From a virus (taxonomy: Duplodnaviria > Caudoviricetes), in the IMG/VR virus record IMGVR_UViG_3300025915_000014, positions 1 to 64,000 of that record: 64,000 nucleotides of DNA; one strand, written 5' to 3'. The notes beneath the pieces are model-generated. The model had not been told where the DNA came from. It saw only the letters and a list, made by a program, of their open reading frames with translations, and searched no databases. A program made the translations under genes and the position numbers. Shown here one piece after another: positions 1 to 8,295 of this stretch. The number at the start of each line of letters is the position of its first letter. The first letter of the stretch is position 1.

Positions 1-93
1 ATCAGGTCGCGGCGTTCCAGGAGTCACGGCCGGGGCTGCCGCAGCGCGCAGCGGTGCCGGTCGAGGAGGGCTGAGGTTCCTCCCCGACCACCC

Positions 94-131
94 TTGCAGG
101 GTGCGCGCCGGGCGCGCAAGCTGGTCGTATG
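94..131 (+). promoter_or_regulatory. Leaderless promoter with palindromic operator in spacer
   Basis: TTGCAG(94-99)-17 bp-CAAGCT(117-122)-6 bp-ATG(129); palindrome GCGCGCCGGGCGCGC at 103-117. Confidence 0.75.
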
Positions 132-794
132 ACGCACACCGCCACCACCACGCCCCTTGCCTGCCCCAACTGCGGCTCCACCCTGGTCGCCCGGGTCCGC
201 TCGAACCGCACCGGCCGCGACTACCTCGCCGACTTCGACAAGGGCCAGCCCGCCCCCTGGCTGCCGCACTTCAAGCACTGCCGCCCCGCCGAGCGGGCCG
301 CCATCATCGCCCTCGCGCAGAGCTTCGGCCTGGTCAAGGCCGTCGAACTGTTCGCCAACCTGCGCCAGTTCGACTCCATGCACCTGGTCGGCGAGACCAC
401 CCGCCTGGTCGACGAGGGTGTCTTCGCCACCGACGGCAAGCACTTCTGGCTGACCGGCGACGCCCCCGCGGTGCCCGCCGCCGCCCCCCAGGCCCGCGCC
501 GCCGCCGCCATCGAGGCCGGGTACTACCTGCTCGACGGGCGGGTCTACAAGGTCCAGATCAGCAAGAGCAACGACAAGCCCTACGCGAAGATTCTCAACA
601 CCGAGGGCCGGTTCGACTACGCGCCGCGCGCCGTCCGCGACCTGCGCCCCGAGCACCAGGTGACGCTGGAGCAGGCCCGCGAGTGGGGCCGGATCAACGG
701 CCGGTGCATGATCTGCGCCGCCGAGCTCACCAACCCGGAGAGCATCGAGTACGGGATCGGGCCGGTCTGCCGGAAGCGGCTCGCGCCTCGGTAG
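129..794 (+). CDS. DUF6011-like zinc-binding domain protein
   Basis: C-terminal GRCMICAAELTNPESIEYGIGPVC motif; N-terminal CPNC. Confidence 0.8.
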   Translation: MTHTATTTPLACPNCGSTLVARVRSNRTGRDYLADFDKGQPAPWLPHFKHCRPAERAAIIALAQSFGLVKAVELFANLRQFDSMHLVGETTRLVDEGVFATDGKHFWLTGDAPAVPAAAPQARAAAAIEAGYYLLDGRVYKVQISKSNDKPYAKILNTEGRFDYAPRAVRDLRPEHQVTLEQAREWGRINGRCMICAAELTNPESIEYGIGPVCRKRLAPR

Positions 795-801
795 CATCCG
801 C

Positions 802-832
802 GGCGGCCCCGGGCTCGACTCCCGGGGCCGCC
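802..832 (+). terminator. GC-rich hairpin (probable terminator)
   Basis: Perfect 12-bp stem GGCGGCCCCGGG/CCCGGGGCCGCC, 7-nt loop, just after stop at 794. Confidence 0.7.
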
Positions 833-841
833 ACCCGGCCT

Positions 842-870
842 ACGCGCCCGGCGCGCATTGGGGCTACGCT
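842..870 (+). promoter_or_regulatory. Palindromic operator plus -10 box
   Basis: ACGCGCCCGGCGCGC at 842-856 (1 mismatch); TACGCT at 865-870; ATG at 878. Confidence 0.65.
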
Positions 871-877
871 GCGGGGT

Positions 878-1594
878 ATGCACACCACCATCGAGACCTG
901 GCGCCACCCGAGCGGGCGCGTCGTCACACTCATCGGCACCATCCACATCGGCCACCAGAGCTACTACGACCGCATCGGCGTCGTCGTCGGCGACCTCGAA
1001 CGCCGCGGCGCCGCAGTCCACCACGAAGGCATCCAGCAGCCCCCGCCGGACACGGCCATGACCCCCGACGAGGCCGCCGCGCTCGCGAAGCTGCACACCG
1101 CCCCGGCCTACGCCTGGCTGGCCGACCTGCTCGGGCTGACCGTGCAACGCATCCCCGGCCACCACGACGGCTGGGTCAACACCGATCTCGACGCGCTCAC
1201 GTTCCTGCGCGCCCTGCCCAACCGGGACCGGCTGCTGCGCCTGTTCGACGACGTCGACCGGCTACAGACCGACCTGAACGACGCCTCGGCGCCGCCGTGG
1301 GCGACGACGTTCCTGCGCCGCGCGGCCCGGGTGATGACCAGCCCGATGGGGCGGCGCCTCCTGCGGATCACCAGGCGCCGCGACCCGAACGAGGCCGTGA
1401 TCCTGGGCATGCGCAACACGATGGCGCTGGCCGCTCTCGACGACACCACCGGCGACGTGGTCGCCATCTGGGGGGCCGGGCACCTGCCGGGCATCGGGCA
1501 CGGCCTGTCCCAGCGCGGCTACACGCGCACCGATCGGCAACAGATCACCGCCCACGGGGGCAGCACCCGCGCCCTGGTCGAGACCCCGGTCTAA
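878..1594 (+). CDS. TraB/GumN (TIKI)-family metalloprotease-like protein
   Basis: LIGTIH, HHE, RN and GAGH motifs in family order; true start ATG 878 (upstream part of ORF 101..1594 is shadow). Confidence 0.7.
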   Translation: MHTTIETWRHPSGRVVTLIGTIHIGHQSYYDRIGVVVGDLERRGAAVHHEGIQQPPPDTAMTPDEAAALAKLHTAPAYAWLADLLGLTVQRIPGHHDGWVNTDLDALTFLRALPNRDRLLRLFDDVDRLQTDLNDASAPPWATTFLRRAARVMTSPMGRRLLRITRRRDPNEAVILGMRNTMALAALDDTTGDVVAIWGAGHLPGIGHGLSQRGYTRTDRQQITAHGGSTRALVETPV

Positions 1595-2001
1595 GGCGTG
1601 TCATCCGGCGGCCCGAAGTCGCCGGTCACGCTGTCCACGAACCACGCCGGGCCGGGCTCCTCGTCCAGCGCCCACAGCGGCGGCAGCTCCTCCGCGGTGG
1701 CGTTGCGGGAGGTCCGGTCCGGCGGGCCCAGTGCGGTGACCCGCGGGCCCGCCGCCCGGATCTCCTCGAACGTCGGCATCAGCCCGCACGCGAAGATCGT
1801 GTAGTAGGACACCACCGCCACGCCCTTGACTCCGGGATGCTCGGCCACCGCCGCGATGGTGATCGCCCGGTAGTGCTCCAGCGCGTACTCCACCGGCAGT
1901 GTGTCCTCGTCGCGCCGCGGGATCGTCAGAGCAGTGGTCTCGTCGGTGTCGATCTGCTGGCCGTGTCGGGTGCCGCCGAGCAGCAGCCGCCACGCCATCA
2001 C
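1591..2001 (-). CDS. hypothetical protein
   Basis: GTGA overlap with upstream gene; phage-like composition. Confidence 0.55.
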   Translation of the reverse strand: MMAWRLLLGGTRHGQQIDTDETTALTIPRRDEDTLPVEYALEHYRAITIAAVAEHPGVKGVAVVSYYTIFACGLMPTFEEIRAAGPRVTALGPPDRTSRNATAEELPPLWALDEEPGPAWFVDSVTGDFGPPDDTP

Positions 2002-2237
2002 GGCACCTGCGGGATCGGGGAGATCGAGATGGTGCCACCCATCACGCGCCCGGCCGGGTTCTCCACGGCGTCGCAGATCTGCTGGGCGTGCTCCTGCGCG
2101 GCGTCGACCGTGCACGGTCCACACAGGAGTGCCGATTGGACGGTGGTCCCGGCCGCGGTGATCTGCACGATGGCGCGCACCGGCTGCCCGTGGTGGTGGT
2201 CGCCGTCGCAGAAGGCGCGGCCCTGGCGGTCAATCAC
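1998..2237 (-). CDS. hypothetical protein (Cys/His-rich)
   Basis: ORF with CDGDHHH and CGPC, coupled to downstream ORF. Confidence 0.55.
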   Translation of the reverse strand: MIDRQGRAFCDGDHHHGQPVRAIVQITAAGTTVQSALLCGPCTVDAAQEHAQQICDAVENPAGRVMGGTISISPIPQVP

Positions 2238-2269
2238 GGGCCCGTTCTAGCAGCGGGCACCGACAAGGT

Positions 2270-2782
2270 TCACCAGTGGTGCGCGACGTCCAGCACGAGC
2301 CGCGAGTGGGTGCCAGGGCCCGGCAGGGTGAACACCCGGAACGGCAGCCGCGCCCGCAGGCCGACACCGAAGCTGGTCACGCCCTCGAAGCTGCCCGCGT
2401 AGGTGATCGAGCGCAGGGTGGCGAACCCGGCCACGGACGGGCGCGGCGGGGTGCCGGTGGCGGGGTCGCGGACGGTGAGCTGGATGCGGGCGCCGCCGGG
2501 GGTGGGCACCACCAGTCCGCTCGCGATGCCGGTCACCTGCGCGACGTAGGCGGCGTGGTAGCCGCCGGGGATCGGCCCGCCAAGGTCGATCACGACGCGG
2601 TCGTAGCAGGGGCTCGGCCCGGCGCGCACATCGAGCACGGGCGCGGCGGAGGAGCCCATCGCATCGCGAGGCAGTGAACCCCAACCGCCGATGCACGTAG
2701 CCGCCGATGCGGCCGGGATCGCAACCACCATGAGCGCGGCGGTCAGGGCGAGCAGGATGAGGGTGAGAAGGGTTCGGCGCAC
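2270..2782 (-). CDS. Secreted AMIN-like domain protein
   Basis: Signal peptide (ASA-A); DVRAG..CYDRVVIDL, SFEG..FGVGL, PFRVFTL..RLVLDVAH motifs typical of actinobacterial AMIN-like proteins. Confidence 0.75.
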   Translation of the reverse strand: MRRTLLTLILLALTAALMVVAIPAASAATCIGGWGSLPRDAMGSSAAPVLDVRAGPSPCYDRVVIDLGGPIPGGYHAAYVAQVTGIASGLVVPTPGGARIQLTVRDPATGTPPRPSVAGFATLRSITYAGSFEGVTSFGVGLRARLPFRVFTLPGPGTHSRLVLDVAHHW

Positions 2783-2888
2783 AGTGGCCTCCGGGCTATA
2801 TGGGTGACACCCGGTAGGACGTATCGCGTGGGGTTCGGTTGCCCGCCCGGTCTGTCCGATTCTCCGCCGGGGTTGACGAATCGGAAGA

Positions 2889-3098
2889 TCAAGTGAGGGG
2901 TGCATCCCGGTCGATCGCGGCGACGATGCGTTCGGCAAGGTCGATCATCTCCGCGGCGGTCGGCGTCGTCTCATGCCCCCACTCGAACAGCGGCAGGCGA
3001 AGGTCGGCGTTCCACTCCGCGCTCGGCGCGATGACGTCGAGCACCGCGGCCACCCGCGGATCGGTCACGGCCCGATATGCCGCGTCCTCGTCGTTCAT
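2889..3098 (-). CDS. hypothetical protein
   Basis: ATGA overlap with rusA stop. Confidence 0.6.
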   Translation of the reverse strand: MNDEDAAYRAVTDPRVAAVLDVIAPSAEWNADLRLPLFEWGHETTPTAAEMIDLAERIVAAIDRDAPLT

Positions 3099-3685
3099 CG
3101 CGGCGCCTTGTGCCGCACCGGTGGGCGGAAGCCGCGCCACTGGTCGGGGACCGGCACCGCAGCCCGCACGATGATCTCGCAGCCGGACTCCTCGCCGGGC
3201 CGGGCGAACCGCTTCCCGGAGTCCGGCCAACCCAGCGGGCCGACCACGAGCCGATCGTCGACCCACACCTTCGCGTCGGTCAGCGCGTCCTCCAGGGCGC
3301 GCAGCAGGTGGCTCCAGTCGCCGGTGCGGGAGCCGACCGGCCAGTCGCCCCCGCGGGCGGTCGTCCACGCCGGGAGCAGGAACATCGCGCCGATCAGCAC
3401 CGGCACGTCACACGGGTCCACCGTCCACGCCTGCTTGGCGATTTTGGTGATCTGCTTGCGCCACGGCCCGAGCGCCTTGGATGAGGACTCGACCAGCCGG
3501 TACTTCCCGGTCGGCACCTGGTGTCCCCGCGGGCCCTTCATGACCGGGATCATGTTCTTGGAGCCCTGCGGGGCGGGCACCCCGGGCACCCAGCAGCGCC
3601 ATTCCCAGCGGTGCCCCGGGGTCATCACCTGCGGCGGGCAGGACAGGTCGAGCCCGTCCAGGTCCAGCGGCAGCGGCTCGGTCAC
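3095..3685 (-). CDS. rusA: RusA-like Holliday junction resolvase
   Basis: VPGVPAPQGSK, WRKQI, D..HLLRALEDALT..VWVDDRLVV motifs. Confidence 0.85.
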   Translation of the reverse strand: MTEPLPLDLDGLDLSCPPQVMTPGHRWEWRCWVPGVPAPQGSKNMIPVMKGPRGHQVPTGKYRLVESSSKALGPWRKQITKIAKQAWTVDPCDVPVLIGAMFLLPAWTTARGGDWPVGSRTGDWSHLLRALEDALTDAKVWVDDRLVVGPLGWPDSGKRFARPGEESGCEIIVRAAVPVPDQWRGFRPPVRHKAPR

Positions 3686-4065
3686 GCCCGGCTCCGCCGC
3701 GTGTAGGTCTTCTTCGGGCGGGTCGTCGCGGGCCTGGTCGTCCACTTCTCGGCGTCCGGGCAGCTCAGCCGGTGGTGCAGGCGCAGCCGGTGACCCTCCG
3801 CCACGGACGCCTGCCGGGCGCCCTTGGTGCCGAGCACGGACACGATCAGGCCCCACGTGTCGTGGTGCCAGAGCAGCGCGTTGCCGTGCTCGTCGTCCGG
3901 CTCGTAGTCCAGCGGCATCGGCACCGCGTCGTGCTTGGGCTCCGTCTTCGCCCAGACGATCAACCCCTTGCAGTAGTTGCAGCGCTGCTTGGTGATCTGC
4001 GCGGCGCGTTCGGCGCGCTCAGCGCTGCGATTGACTGGGGCGCTGGGGGTGTGAGGGGTGGTCAC
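3682..4065 (-). CDS. Conserved actinophage hypothetical protein (zinc-binding)
   Basis: CNYC..LIVW..T..MPLD..P...GN and H..SCP pattern. Confidence 0.75.
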   Translation of the reverse strand: MTTPHTPSAPVNRSAERAERAAQITKQRCNYCKGLIVWAKTEPKHDAVPMPLDYEPDDEHGNALLWHHDTWGLIVSVLGTKGARQASVAEGHRLRLHHRLSCPDAEKWTTRPATTRPKKTYTRRSRA

Positions 4066-4717
4066 TGGGGTCTCCGGTCTCCGTGGTGGTGGTCGCGGTC
4101 GTGGTGGGGCAGGTGCAGGTTGGCGGAGCGGTCGTGGTGGTCGCTGCGGTGGGGGACTCCTGCGGCGCCGGTGGCGCCGTGGGCGCCCGCGGTGTGCGCG
4201 CCGGGGCGTCGCTGCGCGGGCGGCCCCCCGCGGGCGCCTGCGGGGCCGCCACGGGCCCTACAGCGGCCGTTTGAGGGGCCAGGGCGGGGGCCGACGGGGG
4301 GCGCGGGGCCGCCGCGGGGGCGGAAACGCCCTGAGTTGCCCTCTGCGCCTTCACCACGGGGGGTCTGGTGGGTACCGGCGCGGGGGGCCTTGTTCGCCGC
4401 ACAGGCGCGCTCGTGGCCGCCGTGGCGGGCCTTCGCGGCCCGGTAGCCCTCCCCCCGGTGCGCCGGGCGGCCGGGGTGGGCGGTGCGGCGGTGTCCGGGC
4501 CGACCGACACCACCGGGCTCGTGCCCGGCGTCATCAGCGTCTCCGAGGGCGCCGCGGGCCCGGAGATGTCCGGCACCGGCACGGTCGTGAGCGGCTGCGT
4601 GAGCAGCGCCGGACCGGACGCGATGAACGCCGCCAGCGCCACGCCGACGATCAGCACCGCCCACAGCCAGGGGCGGCGGTACAACGGGGGCGCGGCGCGG
4701 TGCCGGGCTTTGCTCAC
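4019..4717 (-). CDS. Membrane-anchored Pro/Ala/Thr-rich protein
   Basis: MSKARHR leader, one TM (WLWAVLIVGVALAAFIA), long PAT-rich tail; GTGA overlap at start; 47-nt overlap with next gene. Confidence 0.65.
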   Translation of the reverse strand: MSKARHRAAPPLYRRPWLWAVLIVGVALAAFIASGPALLTQPLTTVPVPDISGPAAPSETLMTPGTSPVVSVGPDTAAPPTPAARRTGGRATGPRRPATAATSAPVRRTRPPAPVPTRPPVVKAQRATQGVSAPAAAPRPPSAPALAPQTAAVGPVAAPQAPAGGRPRSDAPARTPRAPTAPPAPQESPTAATTTTAPPTCTCPTTTATTTTETGDPSDHPSHPQRPSQSQR

Positions 4718-4878
4718 GGCGGCCGGGACACGAAGAACGCGTCAAGCGCCTCGCGGAGGTCCTCCTCGTCGGGGCAGGGAACACCGGTCTCCTCCGTGCA
4801 GGGGTGGTTCTTCACGTACTCCAGGGCGCGGCGGGCGAGCTGCCACGCCACGTCGACCCGGTCCGTGGTGTCGGTCAT
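4714..4878 (-). CDS. hypothetical protein
   Basis: Small ORF in chain of 4-nt overlaps. Confidence 0.6.
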   Translation of the reverse strand: MTDTTDRVDVAWQLARRALEYVKNHPCTEETGVPCPDEEDLREALDAFFVSRPP

Positions 4879-5084
4879 GGTGGGCAGCCGTAGCGGGTGC
4901 GCCGCACCAGCGCGAGCGCCATCAGCAGCTCGGGGTCCTCCGCGATCAGGTCGACGAGGTGTTCGCAGGCCAGATCGAGGGCGGGCGCCGCGCACGCCTC
5001 GGCGACCGGGCCGCGGAGCCGGTGCGCCGCGGTGGCGAGCGCGTCGGCGAGGCTCAGCGCCTCGGCGGTGACCGGGGCGCTCAC
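4875..5084 (-). CDS. hypothetical protein
   Basis: GTGA overlap chain. Confidence 0.6.
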   Translation of the reverse strand: MSAPVTAEALSLADALATAAHRLRGPVAEACAAPALDLACEHLVDLIAEDPELLMALALVRRTRYGCPP

Positions 5085-5371
5085 GACCCGCTCCCGACGG
5101 CCAGCGGCGTCCCGTTGGCTAACTCCGGCCACGACTGCGCCGGGGACGGTTCGAGCAGGTTCATCTCCCGCAGCCGGGCGTCCATCTCGGCGACGCCGTC
5201 GAGGTAGCCGCGCTCGTAGGCCTCCGCGGTGCCCCACTGGTGGCAGGTCTCCCCCCAGGTGACCAGCCGGGCCCGCAGGTCCGGGTCGGACACCCCGTGC
5301 AGGATGCCGCGCAGCTCCCCGGCCAGCTCCCGCGGCAGGTACCGGGCGGCGCCCGGATCGGGGCCGGTCAC
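5081..5371 (-). CDS. hypothetical protein
   Basis: GTGA overlap chain. Confidence 0.65.
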   Translation of the reverse strand: MTGPDPGAARYLPRELAGELRGILHGVSDPDLRARLVTWGETCHQWGTAEAYERGYLDGVAEMDARLREMNLLEPSPAQSWPELANGTPLAVGSGS

Positions 5372-5682
5372 CGCGCGCTCCGGGCGATCACGGCGTCCAG
5401 GTCGATGGACGCGGCGTAGTCGCGCACGTAGGCGACGGCCAGCGCGTGCGCCCGGGTGACCACCGCGGCCCAGCGGAGTTCTTCCTCGCCGTCGCGCTGC
5501 ACCCGCGGCTCGGGGATGCCCCAGCGCGCGGCCACGGGGGTCTGTTCGGCGGCGTCGGCGATGGCGGCCCAGAGCGCGGCGAACTGGCCGTGTTGGCGGG
5601 CCGCGAGGTCGGCGGCCTCGCGCAGGTCGGAGATGGTGCGTTCCCGCGAGGGAAGTTCGGGGTCACGGTGTTGGCGGCTCAT
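5368..5682 (-). CDS. hypothetical protein
   Basis: GAGGAGG SD upstream of ATG. Confidence 0.7.
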   Translation of the reverse strand: MSRQHRDPELPSRERTISDLREAADLAARQHGQFAALWAAIADAAEQTPVAARWGIPEPRVQRDGEEELRWAAVVTRAHALAVAYVRDYAASIDLDAVIARSAR

Positions 5683-6271
5683 GGTCGGCCTCCTCTGTGG
5701 TGGTATGCGCGCCCGACCCTACTCGCTCCTCTTGTGGATCACAACCTGGGTTGCGTTGCGGATGTGAGCACACCACATCCGGCACATCCCGCCGGATCCC
5801 ACGCTCATCGCACACCGCGCACCCGTCGATCGCCGCCCAGTTCGGCTTGCGCCAGCCCGCCCGCTGCTCGGCCACCAGCGGGTCATCGTGCGGCTCCGGC
5901 ACCGTCATCCGCCGCGTCTGAAGCTCCACGAACTCCGCGATGGCGGCCAGCCGCACCTCCGCCGTGGCATCCGGCTCCCGCACCGCCTCCAGCTCCGCCT
6001 GCTGGTCGGCGAACGCCCGCGGGAACTTCCGGTTCTCGCGGATCACCTCGGCCACCGCGCCCGGAAGGATCTGCGCCCCGAACGCGCCGGTATGCCGCCC
6101 GGCCATCTCCGCCACCGCCGCCGTCGCCTCGTCCGCCCGCCACCGGTTGCTGTTCGCCACCGCCCGCCAGATCACCCGATCCGGGGCGCCCCGCGGATGC
6201 CCATCCGACGCCGACACCAACGCGACCAAATCCTGAATCGCAGCCTCGGACCATTCACAGAACTGCATCAT
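5663..6271 (-). CDS. Rep-associated protein (helicase loader-like position, C-terminal Zn finger)
   Basis: Directly downstream of Rep with ATGA overlap; CAVCDERG..VCSH. Confidence 0.6.
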   Translation of the reverse strand: MMQFCEWSEAAIQDLVALVSASDGHPRGAPDRVIWRAVANSNRWRADEATAAVAEMAGRHTGAFGAQILPGAVAEVIRENRKFPRAFADQQAELEAVREPDATAEVRLAAIAEFVELQTRRMTVPEPHDDPLVAEQRAGWRKPNWAAIDGCAVCDERGIRRDVPDVVCSHPQRNPGCDPQEERVGSGAHTTTEEADHEPPTP

Positions 6272-7515
6272 CGCTCCTCGATTGCCAGATGGGGCCGCGG
6301 CTGCGGCAGCGCATTATCGGCACCGGCATTGGCGAGCATTTCCGCCAACCCCGGACCGGCCGCATCGGCGCGACCCGACAATGTCGCCGCGACCGCTTTC
6401 TCCGCCCGAGATCTCGGCGTGCCTTTGTTCGCCTCGCCGAAGGTGAACGACGCCAGGAGGTGCGGGCTGCACCCTTTATCGGCGCAGGCGCGGATTCCGG
6501 CCCGGATCGGCGCCGGGGCGACGCCCTCGCTGAGCAGCTCCGCGACCGCCACTTGCCAGCGGGTGCGCTCGCGCCCGACCGGCGGCACCACCCACGATCG
6601 AACCTCGTCGGCCATGATCTGCTCCGCCTCGGCGAGCGCGGCCTCGGCGGCCACCGCGGCGGCCGAGCGCGCGGCGCGCTCCGGGTCGGGCTCGGGCTCG
6701 AACGGCAGCGGCGGCGGCTTCGGGACGGACCGGAGGTTGGACCGGGCTCCGGTGGTCGTCGGCTCAACCGGCCTGGAGGAGGAGCGGGCGGGGGCGGCCT
6801 CGCGCGTGCACGTGTGCGTGGGTGTGTGCGCGGGCGCGTGCGCCTGCGCAGGCGCGACCCGCCCTAAAGATGAGTTATCCAGATCTGAGAGACGGGGAAC
6901 AGACTCCCCCACCCCCACCCCCACCCCCGGGCCTTCAACGATCCCTTCCGTGAACCCTTCCGTAGAAGGATTCGGTGAAGGGTTCTCTGAAGGGTTCACG
7001 GAAGGGTTCAGCGAACCCTTCCCCGCGGGCCCGTCGGGCGGGGTGTAGCCGGGATCGAGTTCGGCCGCGCACACGTGCGGGTCCGGGTAGTGGAACAGCC
7101 GCCCGCGGGTCGTCATCCGCGGCGGCAGCGGCGGCGGCAGCTTCCACAGCTCCACCGCCAGCTCGTGTCTGAGCAGCGCGGACCGGGTCAGCAGCGCCGA
7201 GCGCAGCGCCGAGCGCAGCACGTTCGGCTGGATCGCCACGTTGTCGTTGCGGATGTAGGTCCGCACCAACAACTCGATGCCGTCGATGATCACGAAGCGG
7301 CGCTTGCACAGCTCGTCCAGCGCGCGGCGGGCGTCCTCCCGCGTCATGCCGGAATCGGCCGCCCATTCATCGGCCGGTATCCGCACCACCCCCGCTTTGT
7401 TGATTGCCTCATCAAGCAGGATGGTGTGGTACATCAAGCGCGCTAGGGGCGGAGTATCCTCATGTCCCCCCTTGCGCCACATGTCTAGTTGCATCCGCGC
7501 ATGGCGTGTCACCAC
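6268..7515 (-). CDS. Replication initiator protein (N-terminal winged HTH)
   Basis: LMY..LL.....AGV......WA.......ARRALDEL....FV..D...LLVRTYIRND....PN pattern of actinophage initiators; internal iteron block. Confidence 0.75.
   Translation of the reverse strand: MVTRHARMQLDMWRKGGHEDTPPLARLMYHTILLDEAINKAGVVRIPADEWAADSGMTREDARRALDELCKRRFVIIDGIELLVRTYIRNDNVAIQPNVLRSALRSALLTRSALLRHELAVELWKLPPPLPPRMTTRGRLFHYPDPHVCAAELDPGYTPPDGPAGKGSLNPSVNPSENPSPNPSTEGFTEGIVEGPGVGVGVGESVPRLSDLDNSSLGRVAPAQAHAPAHTPTHTCTREAAPARSSSRPVEPTTTGARSNLRSVPKPPPLPFEPEPDPERAARSAAAVAAEAALAEAEQIMADEVRSWVVPPVGRERTRWQVAVAELLSEGVAPAPIRAGIRACADKGCSPHLLASFTFGEANKGTPRSRAEKAVAATLSGRADAAGPGLAEMLANAGADNALPQPRPHLAIEER
6940..7021. repeat. 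Iteron-like 9-bp repeats (GAAGGGTTC / GAACCCTTC) inside rep gene
   Basis: Copies at 6940, 6952 (inverted), 6965, 6977, 6989, 7001 (direct, 12-bp period) and 7013 (inverted). Confidence 0.7.
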
Positions 7516-7863
7516 GATTCGCCCCCGTTAGCCCGAAGCGGTGGGCGAGACGGATGTGGGTTAAGCCGTCCGGCGGCGGCGTTCACCGCAACGGCCATCC
7601 GCGTCGTGCTAGCCTCCGTCTTGGACACGTTCGGCCCTTCTGGACGGCCACCAGAAGAAGTGACGTGCGGGCGGCCGTCACGTGTTCAGCAGAAATACGG
7701 ATGGTTACACCGGTGGGCGCGGACCCCGCGCAAGCCGGTGGGGGACCCCGGGCGGGGGTATCCCCTGCCGGGGCACTATGCCGCGGGTCCGCGCCACCGC
7801 CAACCTCCGATCGGCCAGAATCGTCCGGCGGGGACGAGCGGCGCCCCCCACCGGACGAGCGGC

Positions 7864-8295
7864 CTACTTGTCCGGCCCGGCGGCGGCATCCGGCGGGTAC
7901 GCGATCTCCGTCACGACGCCGTCGCTCACCTGCACCGCGAACAACGCATCCTCGGTGGTCTGCCGGGTGTGCAGCGTCGAGTGTTTGCCGACATACACGT
8001 CGTGATCACGATCCTCCGGGTACTTGGAGACCAACTTCTCGATCACCGTGATGACCGATCCGCGGTCATCTTTCGGCGCCACCGTCAAGGTCAGCGTGAG
8101 GGCACCCTTCGGGCCCGACACCTTGCCGTCGTCGTTCACCGTCGTGTGCGTGATCACCGCGTCCACGATGGTGGCCAGCCGCTCGGCCGCCTCCTCCACG
8201 GTGCGGCCCTCGCGCAGCCCGGCCAGCATGCAGACGAACGAGCGGGCCTCGACGGTCAGCTTGTCCCAGTCCCGGTCCGGGATCTGATCAGTCAT
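7864..8295 (-). CDS. Conserved hypothetical protein downstream of recT
   Basis: L..LREG.T.EE...L...V.AV....G..G.LTLTL.V.P pattern; ATGA overlap; SD AGGAG. Confidence 0.75.
   Translation of the reverse strand: MTDQIPDRDWDKLTVEARSFVCMLAGLREGRTVEEAAERLATIVDAVITHTTVNDDGKVSGPKGALTLTLTVAPKDDRGSVITVIEKLVSKYPEDRDHDVYVGKHSTLHTRQTTEDALFAVQVSDGVVTEIAYPPDAAAGPDK

Noticed and set aside
3-74. 3' end of a plus-strand gene (QVAAFQESRPGLPQRAAVPVEEG*)
   Set aside because: Too short and truncated to support
101-877. N-terminal 259-aa extension of ORF 101..1594
   Set aside because: Off-frame of the DUF6011 gene and crosses a terminator; real start is ATG 878 after TACGCT
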